Below are positions 1 to 7,509 of a stretch of 59,591 bases of DNA, piece after piece. Origin of the DNA: a virus. The position numbers and the translations under genes are program-made. The notes under the pieces are model-generated. The model had not been told where the DNA came from. It ran no database searches and was given only the letters and a program-made list of their open reading frames with translations. The stretch is taken from the IMG/VR virus record IMGVR_UViG_3300028823_000151; one strand, 5' to 3'. Each line of letters opens with the position of its first letter. The stretch's first letter is position 1.

Positions 1-144
1 AAAAACAATTTTTCTAACTGTTTTCCACTGTTCGCATTAAGTTCTCTGCCAGCTATTTGATTTAATTCATCTTGTAGATCGTACCTTAAATCATCAAGTT
101 GCATTCCTGTTTTGTACAGCTTTTCTTTATCAACCCTTACACCT
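1..144. repeat. terminal overlap, left copy (identical to 59448..59591)
   Basis: Base-by-base comparison of the first and last 144 nt shows them identical. Confidence 0.95.
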
Positions 145-797
145 GTTCTTCTCATTTGTAAAAGCAATGGAAACAATCTCATCTCTATGTCGTATACATT
201 CATTAAGTTTTGATCTTCCAATAATCTTTTTTGTTTTTGAAAAACTTTGTAAGTAAGTAAAGCATCTTGTGCACCATAAGGTGCAACAACTAATGCTGGC
301 AAAGTATACAATATTTTATTGTCAACCCTACCTTTAGGAAACTCTATACCGTTATGAATCATATACTCCTTAATATCCCTATAGTTTTTTCCAATACCTA
401 AATATTCTTCACCCAAGGAATCTAAACTGTAAGTTAATTTATATTCATCAATAAGTGGTTCAGCTATTTGGACATCATTATATACACCATTAACAGGTAT
501 TCCTTCATAATTTATTAACCAATCTAAGTCGTATAATCCATTGGCAAATATTTTATGATTGTTAGAACTTAACTGATCAATAATATATTTACGATTTAAA
601 TTAGCTTTTTCAGGAGTCACATCAAAATGATTTATTGGATAATATTCTGAAAGTTCTCCATTAGAAAAGGAAACTCCAGTAACGTATCCATCTTTACGAT
701 AGACACCTGGACCCTTTTCTTTTAGTAAAGGGTCCTTTGATTCTATATCAACTGCTATTTCTTTATCACCTTTATATTGATAATAGCTTAACTTCAT
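1..797 (-). CDS. DNA polymerase I family (PolA-type), N-terminal 3'-5' exonuclease part; same gene as 58388..59591, joined across the circular junction (about 618 aa in total)
   Basis: My minus-strand translation from the ATG at 797 (AAGGAGGA upstream) reads MKLSYYQYKGDKEIAVDIESKDPLLKEKGPGVYRKDGYVTGVSFSNGEL... DIE is the ExoI DxE motif. The stretch I translated by hand (797 down to about 650) has no stop; I did not verify the rest of the frame down to position 1 codon by codon. The ATG at 104 equals the ATG at 59551 and is in frame (797-104=693). The ORF is missing from the track because it runs off the window edge. Confidence 0.85.
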   Translation of the reverse strand, partial: MKLSYYQYKGDKEIAVDIESKDPLLKEKGPGVYRKDGYVTGVSFSNGELSEYYPINHFDVTPEKANLNRKYIIDQLSSNNHKIFANGLYDLDWLINYEGIPVNGVYNDVQIAEPLIDEYKLTYSLDSLGEEYLGIGKNYRDIKEYMIHNGIEFPKGRVDNKILYTLPALVVAPYGAQDALLTYKVFQKQKRLLEDQNLMNVYDIEMRLFPLLLQMRRTGVRVDKEKLYKTGMQLDDLRYDLQDELNQIAGRELNANSGKQLEKLF

Positions 798-1255
798 CTT
801 AGAAATTCCTCCTTTATATCAAATATTTCTAAAAGGTTTTTTACAGTATCAACACCTATTTTTCCTTCCCATTTTGTATAGTCATTGTGATACTCTATAT
901 CGTAGATCACTACAGGAATTTTAAATAGATGCATATACTTTAAACATTGATCACAAGGACCATGAGTAACTAACATAATAAAGTCACTTAGATCAGTATT
1001 GTATCCAAGATTTTTAAAGCAATCGAATATCGCTCTTGGTTCAGCATGAATAGCCCAACATCCATCTTGTTGCCATTCATACTCTTTTCGTACACATTTT
1101 TCACATGGAACTTCAGCCCCTCCATGACCTACTCCAACAATCTCACCTGTATTTTTATACATTAAGACTGCACCTACTTTTTTCTTAAGACATTGGGATG
1201 TTTCTGCCATAACCTTTGCAAGCTCTACAGCGTCTAAAAACTTTTCCTTATTCAT
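794..1255 (-). CDS. deoxycytidylate (dCMP)/cytidine deaminase family zinc enzyme
   Basis: Carries HAEPRAI (HAE catalytic/zinc motif), HGPCDQC (PCxxC) and CLKKKVGAV. GGAGGGG lies upstream of the ATG. The gene overlaps the hydroxymethylase gene by 8 nt. Confidence 0.85.
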   Translation of the reverse strand: MNKEKFLDAVELAKVMAETSQCLKKKVGAVLMYKNTGEIVGVGHGGAEVPCEKCVRKEYEWQQDGCWAIHAEPRAIFDCFKNLGYNTDLSDFIMLVTHGPCDQCLKYMHLFKIPVVIYDIEYHNDYTKWEGKIGVDTVKNLLEIFDIKEEFLR

Positions 1256-2072
1256 ATTCCCCTCCTATGTATCCTATGTGTTTAAATAAAGTTTGACTAT
1301 ATAATTCTAATAAATAGTCATCACACCCCTTTTCAAATTCAGAACGTTTAAATTCAGAGATACCTATTAAATTATAAACTTTAGATAACTTTTCTTTTAT
1401 AAGAAGTAAATTTCTTTCGTACATGTGAAGACTACCAGTCTGATGATTATAGTTTCCTAGTTTTATGTCATAGTTTGAACGTAACTCCTTAAGCATCTTT
1501 AATTGTATTAAACAAAAGAAAGGAACATCATAAGGTAAACCATACCAAATATCTGAAGACCTCATCTTAACAAATAAATGTAGTTTCCCTCCTCTTATAA
1601 AAAATTGTAAAAACATTGTACACGGATTGTCATTACTAGGATGAGCATTTTCTCTGTTATATATTGTCATAACAGCTTTCTTGCTGTCCTTATTTTGTAA
1701 CAACATTTCCCTTGCATATTCAAACTGAGTGTAGTTGTGATGGTTTCTATCGTGTAACAATAGTTTTCCATAGTTACTAAAGATTGTTCTTCCATCATCT
1801 GAAACCTTGTTCCAGAATTTTGAATGCTTAGAAATTTCTTTTAGAAAAGGGCTTCCTGAAGTATAGAATTCTAATTCCCCTTTTAAATAATCTATAGACA
1901 TATCCCTACAAGTTGCGAAACATTTTTTAGGCTTTGTCAAAGTGAAACTATAGTCTAACAGTTCAAAAACCTTTTCTCCTTTTCTGTTTAATATACTATA
2001 GTCAAAATCATTGTACACTTTATCCATTAAGCAACAATAAATTTTATTAAAATCATTCTGAACTATCTTCAT
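1248..2072 (-). CDS. deoxypyrimidine-monophosphate hydroxymethylase, thymidylate-synthase superfamily, T4 gp42-like
   Basis: GELEFYTSGS (cf. T4 gp42 RELEWYKSKS), NPCTMFLQFF (catalytic Cys), KMRSSDIWYGLPYD and TGSLHMYERN (cf. VGSLHVYSRH). The ATG at 2072 with GGAGGGG 6 nt upstream is preferred over the TTG at 2075 used by the track. Confidence 0.8.
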   Translation of the reverse strand: MKIVQNDFNKIYCCLMDKVYNDFDYSILNRKGEKVFELLDYSFTLTKPKKCFATCRDMSIDYLKGELEFYTSGSPFLKEISKHSKFWNKVSDDGRTIFSNYGKLLLHDRNHHNYTQFEYAREMLLQNKDSKKAVMTIYNRENAHPSNDNPCTMFLQFFIRGGKLHLFVKMRSSDIWYGLPYDVPFFCLIQLKMLKELRSNYDIKLGNYNHQTGSLHMYERNLLLIKEKLSKVYNLIGISEFKRSEFEKGCDDYLLELYSQTLFKHIGYIGGEYE

Positions 2073-2141
2073 CAACTTCCCCTCCTGTTGTAATAAACAT
2101 TATACATAAGTTTATAATAGACTTGATTAAAGTCGAAATTA

Positions 2142-2759
2142 TCATTCATTACTTTTTTCCTCCCTTATGTCTGGGGTGACTGGTTTTCCTTCATATTTAG
2201 GCTTCTCTGTAGGATACAGTCCATGGATTCCAAGACGACCTTCCCAAAATTCTCTGCCCTTATTAAATTTTTTCTCACACTCTATAATTCTACTGCTTAA
2301 AATTTGAGCGTATCTTTCTATTGGTCCATAGATATATCTATTTCCTAAAGTATGTTCTTCAAAACAATATAAGTATGCTTCCATTTCATCAGACAATTTA
2401 AAAAGAAGTAATTGATCTTCCGTTAAGATATTTTCTATACCTTTGTCTGACCAAGGTTTAAGTTCTTCAGGAAGTGTTTCCTCTTCAAGTACACTCCAAG
2501 CTTCTTTTGTCTTTTCATTTTTGTTTCGTATCAGCCTATTCATATCGCCTGTAAAGGTCTCTGCAAAATCATGATTCATAAGTATAAATAAAATGTCCTC
2601 ATTTATTTCTACTCCAAACTCTTTACAAAACAAATAGAACAACGTGGCAGTTCCGTGTCCATGTTCGCATAGATTTTGTGGTCTTAAAACAAATTCCATT
2701 TCAAATCTTTTGATTGAAATCATTGTTTTTCTTTTGTCTAAATAATTTTCGATATTCAT
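2142..2759 (-). CDS. HD-domain 5'-deoxynucleotidase, YfbR-like
   Basis: RPQNLCEHGHG...LMNHDFAETFTGD...KLSDEMEAYLYCFEE parallels E. coli YfbR (ENVSEHS...YHDASEVLTGD...KQADALCAYLKCLEE). AAGGAG SD present. Confidence 0.75.
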   Translation of the reverse strand: MNIENYLDKRKTMISIKRFEMEFVLRPQNLCEHGHGTATLFYLFCKEFGVEINEDILFILMNHDFAETFTGDMNRLIRNKNEKTKEAWSVLEEETLPEELKPWSDKGIENILTEDQLLLFKLSDEMEAYLYCFEEHTLGNRYIYGPIERYAQILSSRIIECEKKFNKGREFWEGRLGIHGLYPTEKPKYEGKPVTPDIREEKSNE

Positions 2760-2761
2760 AT

Positions 2762-3829
2762 TTACTCCTTTATTAGTTTTGATATATGTGGTTTTAGTTT
2801 ACCTATTTTGGAAAACTCAATTAAATTATTGTACAAAGGTTCTTTAGGATGTAACTTCTGTATTTTTTCAACTGTATGTATACAGTCGCCATAAAAATAT
2901 TCCTTACCCCAGTAAGGATATAAACCTACACGAAAACTTCTTTGACTACATAGAACACATGAAATAAGATCTTCTCTATATCCTTCCGCAAGTAGTGCTC
3001 TAACCTTTTGAAACTTTTCACCTTGCCAAATATCAAGTACATGTTCTTCGTTAACGTTACCTAAGTCTATACACTTAGCACCATTACTACAACAAATATC
3101 TACGATTCCATCATAACCTATTGTCATATATTTGTAGGGTTCTTTACATACTTTTCTTAATGGAAAGTCCTGTAATTTTGAACCTGTATATTTTTCCCAT
3201 TGGGAAAGTTTTAGGTTGCCTCCCCAATTGTGCATACGTCTTGTAACGTTACCATCACAATTAAATATGTCACTTTCGTCTGTTAAGATAATTGTTTTAT
3301 GTTTATAACCTTTATAAGAAAAAGCATTAACGTTGTCTTTATAATAGTCATAAACTTGTATTCCTTTTATTTCTAAAATTCTTTTGTTTCTTTCTAGTTC
3401 ACCTATAAAGAAATCCCTTTGTGCCTTACTATAAAAATCTGTTTGAGCATAATTAAGACCCTTGTCAAACAAGTCTATAAATTCAAATATGTTTTTACTT
3501 TTATAGACTTCAGTATTTGTTATTATAAGTATCTGTGCCTTTGGCATTTTTTCTCTTATAATACCTATGTACTCTCCTACATTCTTATGTAGAGTTGGTT
3601 CACCTTGTAAAGAGATTGATATACGTTTTGTTTTTTCTGTCAGGTTATCTACAATATTCAACAAAGTTTCTTTTGTTATTCTACCAGTAGAAGCTTGTGA
3701 CCTTCCACAGAAAGAACAATTAAGGTTACATCCTCTTACAAATTCTATACGAACCTGATTTGGTTCTGTAAAAACAAGTAGATTATGTTTCCTTAATTCT
3801 GCGACATGCTCCTTATCATACATTTCCAT
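2762..3829 (-). CDS. radical SAM enzyme with C-terminal SPASM/twitch-like Cys-rich domain
   Basis: VRGCNLNCSFCG is the CX3CX2C radical-SAM cluster motif. The C-terminal VCKEP...GIVDICCSNGAKCIDLGNV...ISCVLCSQ resembles an auxiliary Fe-S (SPASM) domain. Confidence 0.85.
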   Translation of the reverse strand: MEMYDKEHVAELRKHNLLVFTEPNQVRIEFVRGCNLNCSFCGRSQASTGRITKETLLNIVDNLTEKTKRISISLQGEPTLHKNVGEYIGIIREKMPKAQILIITNTEVYKSKNIFEFIDLFDKGLNYAQTDFYSKAQRDFFIGELERNKRILEIKGIQVYDYYKDNVNAFSYKGYKHKTIILTDESDIFNCDGNVTRRMHNWGGNLKLSQWEKYTGSKLQDFPLRKVCKEPYKYMTIGYDGIVDICCSNGAKCIDLGNVNEEHVLDIWQGEKFQKVRALLAEGYREDLISCVLCSQRSFRVGLYPYWGKEYFYGDCIHTVEKIQKLHPKEPLYNNLIEFSKIGKLKPHISKLIKE

Positions 3830-3831
3830 AG

Positions 3832-4689
3832 TTACCTTCCGTTATATTTTCTAAACTTTACTTTTTGATTTCCAGTGTAAGCATTAAGATACTTAACATA
3901 CTTTTGATATTCACACAACCAATGTTCAACTTCCCTTAAGGTTATTTTTTCTTCTGGAAAGTATATTCTAAATTCTTCTTCCATTACTTCCCTTACAACT
4001 ACTGCATCAGGCAACCAATCTCTTTGTTTTATTCTTACAGTAGGATAACCAAACCTTATAAGGCTCATTCCTTGTCTTGCCCCAGGACCCATGTTTGCAT
4101 AGGTATTTTTATCGGTTGGATTAAAGTAGTCTGTGTATTCAAAATCACAAGCATATTCGTATGCCATAAAACCACCAACACCAGGAAATTGTTTTAGAAA
4201 ATCTACAAGCCTTTCCATAGAGTTTTCTTTAATAACTTCTTTTATATAATCGTTAGCTTTTAAACTTTCAATTAAAAAGAATGGAGCTTCATACGTTTCT
4301 AACCAACCACCAGGTACTCTTGGATTTCTTATAAAGCATGAAGAAAATAATTTTTCCCCTTCTTCTTTTCTACTACTAAGAAAATCTTTTACTTCAGATA
4401 AATTGTCCAGTTTACAGTTTTCTTTTATTCTACAGAATGTAGAATATGTAGAAATAAACCTGTATAAAATTATTAAATCCCATCTTTCAAAGGGAAGTAT
4501 GTTTTCTATTAACCACTTTGTACACTTATCGTATTGACGAAACACATTACAGAAAAAGAAATTTTGGAATATCTCATCCTCAGTCCAAGGAGCTGGCATT
4601 CCTTCTTCCTTTAATTTGTAAATCTTATGTCGTTCAATAGCCGTATCTAAGAAGTGATTAAAGTGTTCAGAATTAAAATGGTTATTCAT
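3832..4689 (-). CDS. putative DNA base hypermodification protein, alpha-glutamyl/putrescinyl-thymine pyrophosphorylase (aGPT-Pplase)-like
   Basis: The N-terminal ERHKIYKLKEEGMPAPWTEDEIFQNFFFCNVFRQYDKCTKWLIENI matches my recollection of the conserved start of this family (..R..I...R..G...PWT.D.IL....FCN.YR..DR.....). This rests on memory only and was not searched. Confidence 0.5.
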   Translation of the reverse strand: MNNHFNSEHFNHFLDTAIERHKIYKLKEEGMPAPWTEDEIFQNFFFCNVFRQYDKCTKWLIENILPFERWDLIILYRFISTYSTFCRIKENCKLDNLSEVKDFLSSRKEEGEKLFSSCFIRNPRVPGGWLETYEAPFFLIESLKANDYIKEVIKENSMERLVDFLKQFPGVGGFMAYEYACDFEYTDYFNPTDKNTYANMGPGARQGMSLIRFGYPTVRIKQRDWLPDAVVVREVMEEEFRIYFPEEKITLREVEHWLCEYQKYVKYLNAYTGNQKVKFRKYNGR

Positions 4690-4706
4690 ATATTTCTCCT
4701 ATCATC

Positions 4707-5624
4707 TTATTCATATCCTTTTAAAAATGTATTAGTTCCAAGTATAATTTTCATACCTTCTTCAGCTGGTATATAAGGTTCCTCGCCTTCAGGTAAAAAT
4801 CTTTTCCAGTCTATTGTACAATCTAATCTTTCCTCATCCCATAGTCCGTTGTTCTTTATTTTAAGATCAACATACCCAGGAAATTCTTTACATAATTGTT
4901 TAGCGGATTCAGATTGTGCTTCTACTGTTCTTGTTTCTGAACATCCACCTTTGTATCCTGTTCCAGGGTCACCACAGCACCAACGAGCATTGCTTAAAGA
5001 CTTGTAACCTTTTGACAATAATTTTAATTGTACATAACGATCACTCATAAAAGGAACAGGCATTTCATTAATCTTTATACCTTCCTTTATTAAAGTTGGA
5101 ACATGGTAACAAACGAATCTTATAATTGGAATATTCTTAGGAAACATGTATTTAATTCCTTGGCTTCCAAGCTTCAATGGCAGTCCAACTATTGGGTACT
5201 CCTCATTACAAAGTTGTATACTTTCATAAAGTATTTTATTAAAGCAATCGTTTGCAATAAAGTCTTCATGCCTTGAAGTATATTTTGAAGATAGATTTTC
5301 ATCTCTGAAATACAAGTTTATATCATCGTCAATTATAAATAGGTATTCAGTAAAATTTTCCTTTGCTATATCAAAACACTTTTGTCTTTTATCTGCGATT
5401 GTAGAATCATCAGGTACAACAAAGACAGGTGCATAATTATCTACAGCTTTTCTATAGTCACTTGCTTCACTTTCTCGAACTATAATTTCGTATAGATAAT
5501 TAAAGCTAAAAGGGTCTATATGTTTCCATATACCTATTCTTTTTTCTATAAGATGTATCCTATTTCTAGATGGAATACTTATAGAATAATTTAAGTTTGT
5601 TAACTTATTATAAATTTCACTCAT
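4707..5624 (-). CDS. GT-A-fold glycosyltransferase-like protein (possible DNA-base glycosyl/other group transferase)
   Basis: YSISIPSRNR near the N-terminus and LFIIDDDINL (DxD) are GT-A hallmarks. They resemble phage IPSYKR-type/TET-associated glycosyltransferases. The assignment is weak. Confidence 0.4.
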   Translation of the reverse strand: MSEIYNKLTNLNYSISIPSRNRIHLIEKRIGIWKHIDPFSFNYLYEIIVRESEASDYRKAVDNYAPVFVVPDDSTIADKRQKCFDIAKENFTEYLFIIDDDINLYFRDENLSSKYTSRHEDFIANDCFNKILYESIQLCNEEYPIVGLPLKLGSQGIKYMFPKNIPIIRFVCYHVPTLIKEGIKINEMPVPFMSDRYVQLKLLSKGYKSLSNARWCCGDPGTGYKGGCSETRTVEAQSESAKQLCKEFPGYVDLKIKNNGLWDEERLDCTIDWKRFLPEGEEPYIPAEEGMKIILGTNTFLKGYE

Positions 5625-7038
5625 TCATAGACCTCCTAAAAATACTTTCGTAACCGAATTGTGAATTAGAATGTACAATATGTAAATTCTTTTTTGCTCT
5701 TGTTAAAGCTACATATAAACATCTTAATTCAGAATCCAAGGCTTCTACATTTCGTTCAAGGTTATTGTCAATAGTTTTAGTTACATCTAACAACAAAACA
5801 ACATTGTCAGCTTCACCACCCTTTACTCCATGTATTGTATTCACTTCACAATTTGTTTTAGTAACATCAACTTTGTTTTTAAACAAGTCTTTAAAATAAG
5901 TTTTCTCGTTTATATCAAAGTTCAGAGAATAAAACCACGGATCTTTAATGTTTATAATGTCTCTTAAATAAGGTTTAAGTGATAGGTCAGTATAAATTTG
6001 TTCAGGATCATACTTCCTATGTTTTTCATAAATCCTTACAGCGTTATACTTTTTCATATCAACACTATACCTGTGCTTATATTGAAAAGTCATTCCTAAC
6101 TCCCGTAACCTTTTTCCATATATAGATAAGTGATAATTATTTCTGGCTAGAAAGTAGTAAGATTCCTCATTGTTTATAGGTATCTCATCTACTTTATTAT
6201 AAAAATAAATTTCACCACCTTCTTGTACAGGGTCAAAGATTTTATCTACACGATTAGATATTTGTTTTGAAAATAGTTTAGAAAAATTTAGTATCTTTTG
6301 TCTAAGTCTGTACGATTTGTCCAACACAATGTTTTCACTATGTTTTGAAAGATTTAAAAAATGTTTTATATCAGAGCCTGACCATTCATATATTGCTTGG
6401 TCATCATCCCCTGCTATATAAACTTTGTTACAATTTCTAAAAGCTACTTCACAAAATTTCCATTGCAAGGATGTAAGGTCTTGTGCTTCATCAATTATAG
6501 CTACTTGAACAGGTAACGGTTTATCTTTTTTAATAAACTCTACAATTAAATCATCAAAATCCTTTACTCCCATTTCAGTTTTAAATCTTTCATAGTTATT
6601 GGAAACAAAATTTACTTTCTTTACATCTAAATCCTCCAACAATATTTCAGCGGTCCTTGGATTATTTTTCTTTAGAGAAACATAAAACAAATATTTATCA
6701 TCGTTATTGATAAAGTCCTCTGTGTAGTAACCTACAAAGTTCATACCCATTGCCCTTGAAAACTCTTTATAATTTTTCTTGGAAATCATTTCATACCTTG
6801 ACATTCCAAGGTCTCTAAAAGCTAATGAATGAATAGTTCTAAAATAAGGTAAGTCAGAATCTTTATAACCAAACTTTTCAGTAGCTCTATCTCTTCCTTC
6901 ATAACTTCCTTTCTTTGTAAAAGAAACAAAGGCAATTTTATCTGAATCATAATCATCCAAAATGTCAGAAAGTAAGTTCAATAAGTACGTTGTCTTTCCA
7001 CACCCTGGAGCTCCAAAGATCATTGTTGTTTCTTGCAT
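5617..7038 (-). CDS. superfamily 1 (UvrD/Rep-like) DNA helicase
   Basis: FGAPGCGKTT (Walker A), AIIDEAQD (motif II), AGDDDQAIYEW (III), TIHGVKGGEADNV (V) and LYVALTRAKKNLHIV (VI). The ATG at 7038 immediately follows the stop of the upstream gene; the track start at 7056 is a TTG. Confidence 0.85.
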   Translation of the reverse strand: MQETTMIFGAPGCGKTTYLLNLLSDILDDYDSDKIAFVSFTKKGSYEGRDRATEKFGYKDSDLPYFRTIHSLAFRDLGMSRYEMISKKNYKEFSRAMGMNFVGYYTEDFINNDDKYLFYVSLKKNNPRTAEILLEDLDVKKVNFVSNNYERFKTEMGVKDFDDLIVEFIKKDKPLPVQVAIIDEAQDLTSLQWKFCEVAFRNCNKVYIAGDDDQAIYEWSGSDIKHFLNLSKHSENIVLDKSYRLRQKILNFSKLFSKQISNRVDKIFDPVQEGGEIYFYNKVDEIPINNEESYYFLARNNYHLSIYGKRLRELGMTFQYKHRYSVDMKKYNAVRIYEKHRKYDPEQIYTDLSLKPYLRDIINIKDPWFYSLNFDINEKTYFKDLFKNKVDVTKTNCEVNTIHGVKGGEADNVVLLLDVTKTIDNNLERNVEALDSELRCLYVALTRAKKNLHIVHSNSQFGYESIFRRSMNE

Positions 7039-7039
7039 A

Positions 7040-7498
7040 TTACCTGTCCAGTCCAAACAAAGGTAGAGGATCCCTTAACATAACTCCACACTTTAAAGGG
7101 GATATAAAATCATTTGTACTATTATAATAAAAAGTTTTACCTCTTCTATCTATTAAAAGGTAAGTCACTAAAGATTTATCTTTGCTAAACTTAATTCCAT
7201 AAAGTCTTATTGGATATCTCACACTATAAGAATTAAATTTTCTAGGTCTATTCTTTTTGTGAAAACCTTTCTTATGATAATCTAAAAACAAATATTGGTA
7301 TGTTAGATACTCATAACTATTTCCAAGATACTTAACTCCGCTTGGATTATATTCAAACTGTTCACAAGTATCGTACTTAAACATTTGTCCTACACGTTCT
7401 GAAAGTTCATCAAATGAAGGGATAAAAACTTCACCTTTAATAGATACAGTAAACAAAAGAACTATAGTTATAATTGTAAAAAATATTATTTTCTTCAT
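7040..7498 (-). CDS. secreted or membrane-anchored hypothetical protein
   Basis: N-terminal MKKIIFFTIITIVLLFTVSIKG looks like a signal/anchor sequence. The gene is packed tightly between the primase and helicase genes. Confidence 0.55.
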   Translation of the reverse strand: MKKIIFFTIITIVLLFTVSIKGEVFIPSFDELSERVGQMFKYDTCEQFEYNPSGVKYLGNSYEYLTYQYLFLDYHKKGFHKKNRPRKFNSYSVRYPIRLYGIKFSKDKSLVTYLLIDRRGKTFYYNSTNDFISPLKCGVMLRDPLPLFGLDR

Positions 7499-7509
7499 AA
7501 TTTTCTCCT

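Noticed and set aside
1248-2075. Annotation as an ordinary thymidylate synthase (ThyA)
   Set aside because: The protein aligns much better with T4 gp42 than with ThyA (ELEFY..., MRSSD..., GSLHMY...). It also has Asp instead of Asn at the base-specificity position. Hydroxymethylase is therefore the better call.
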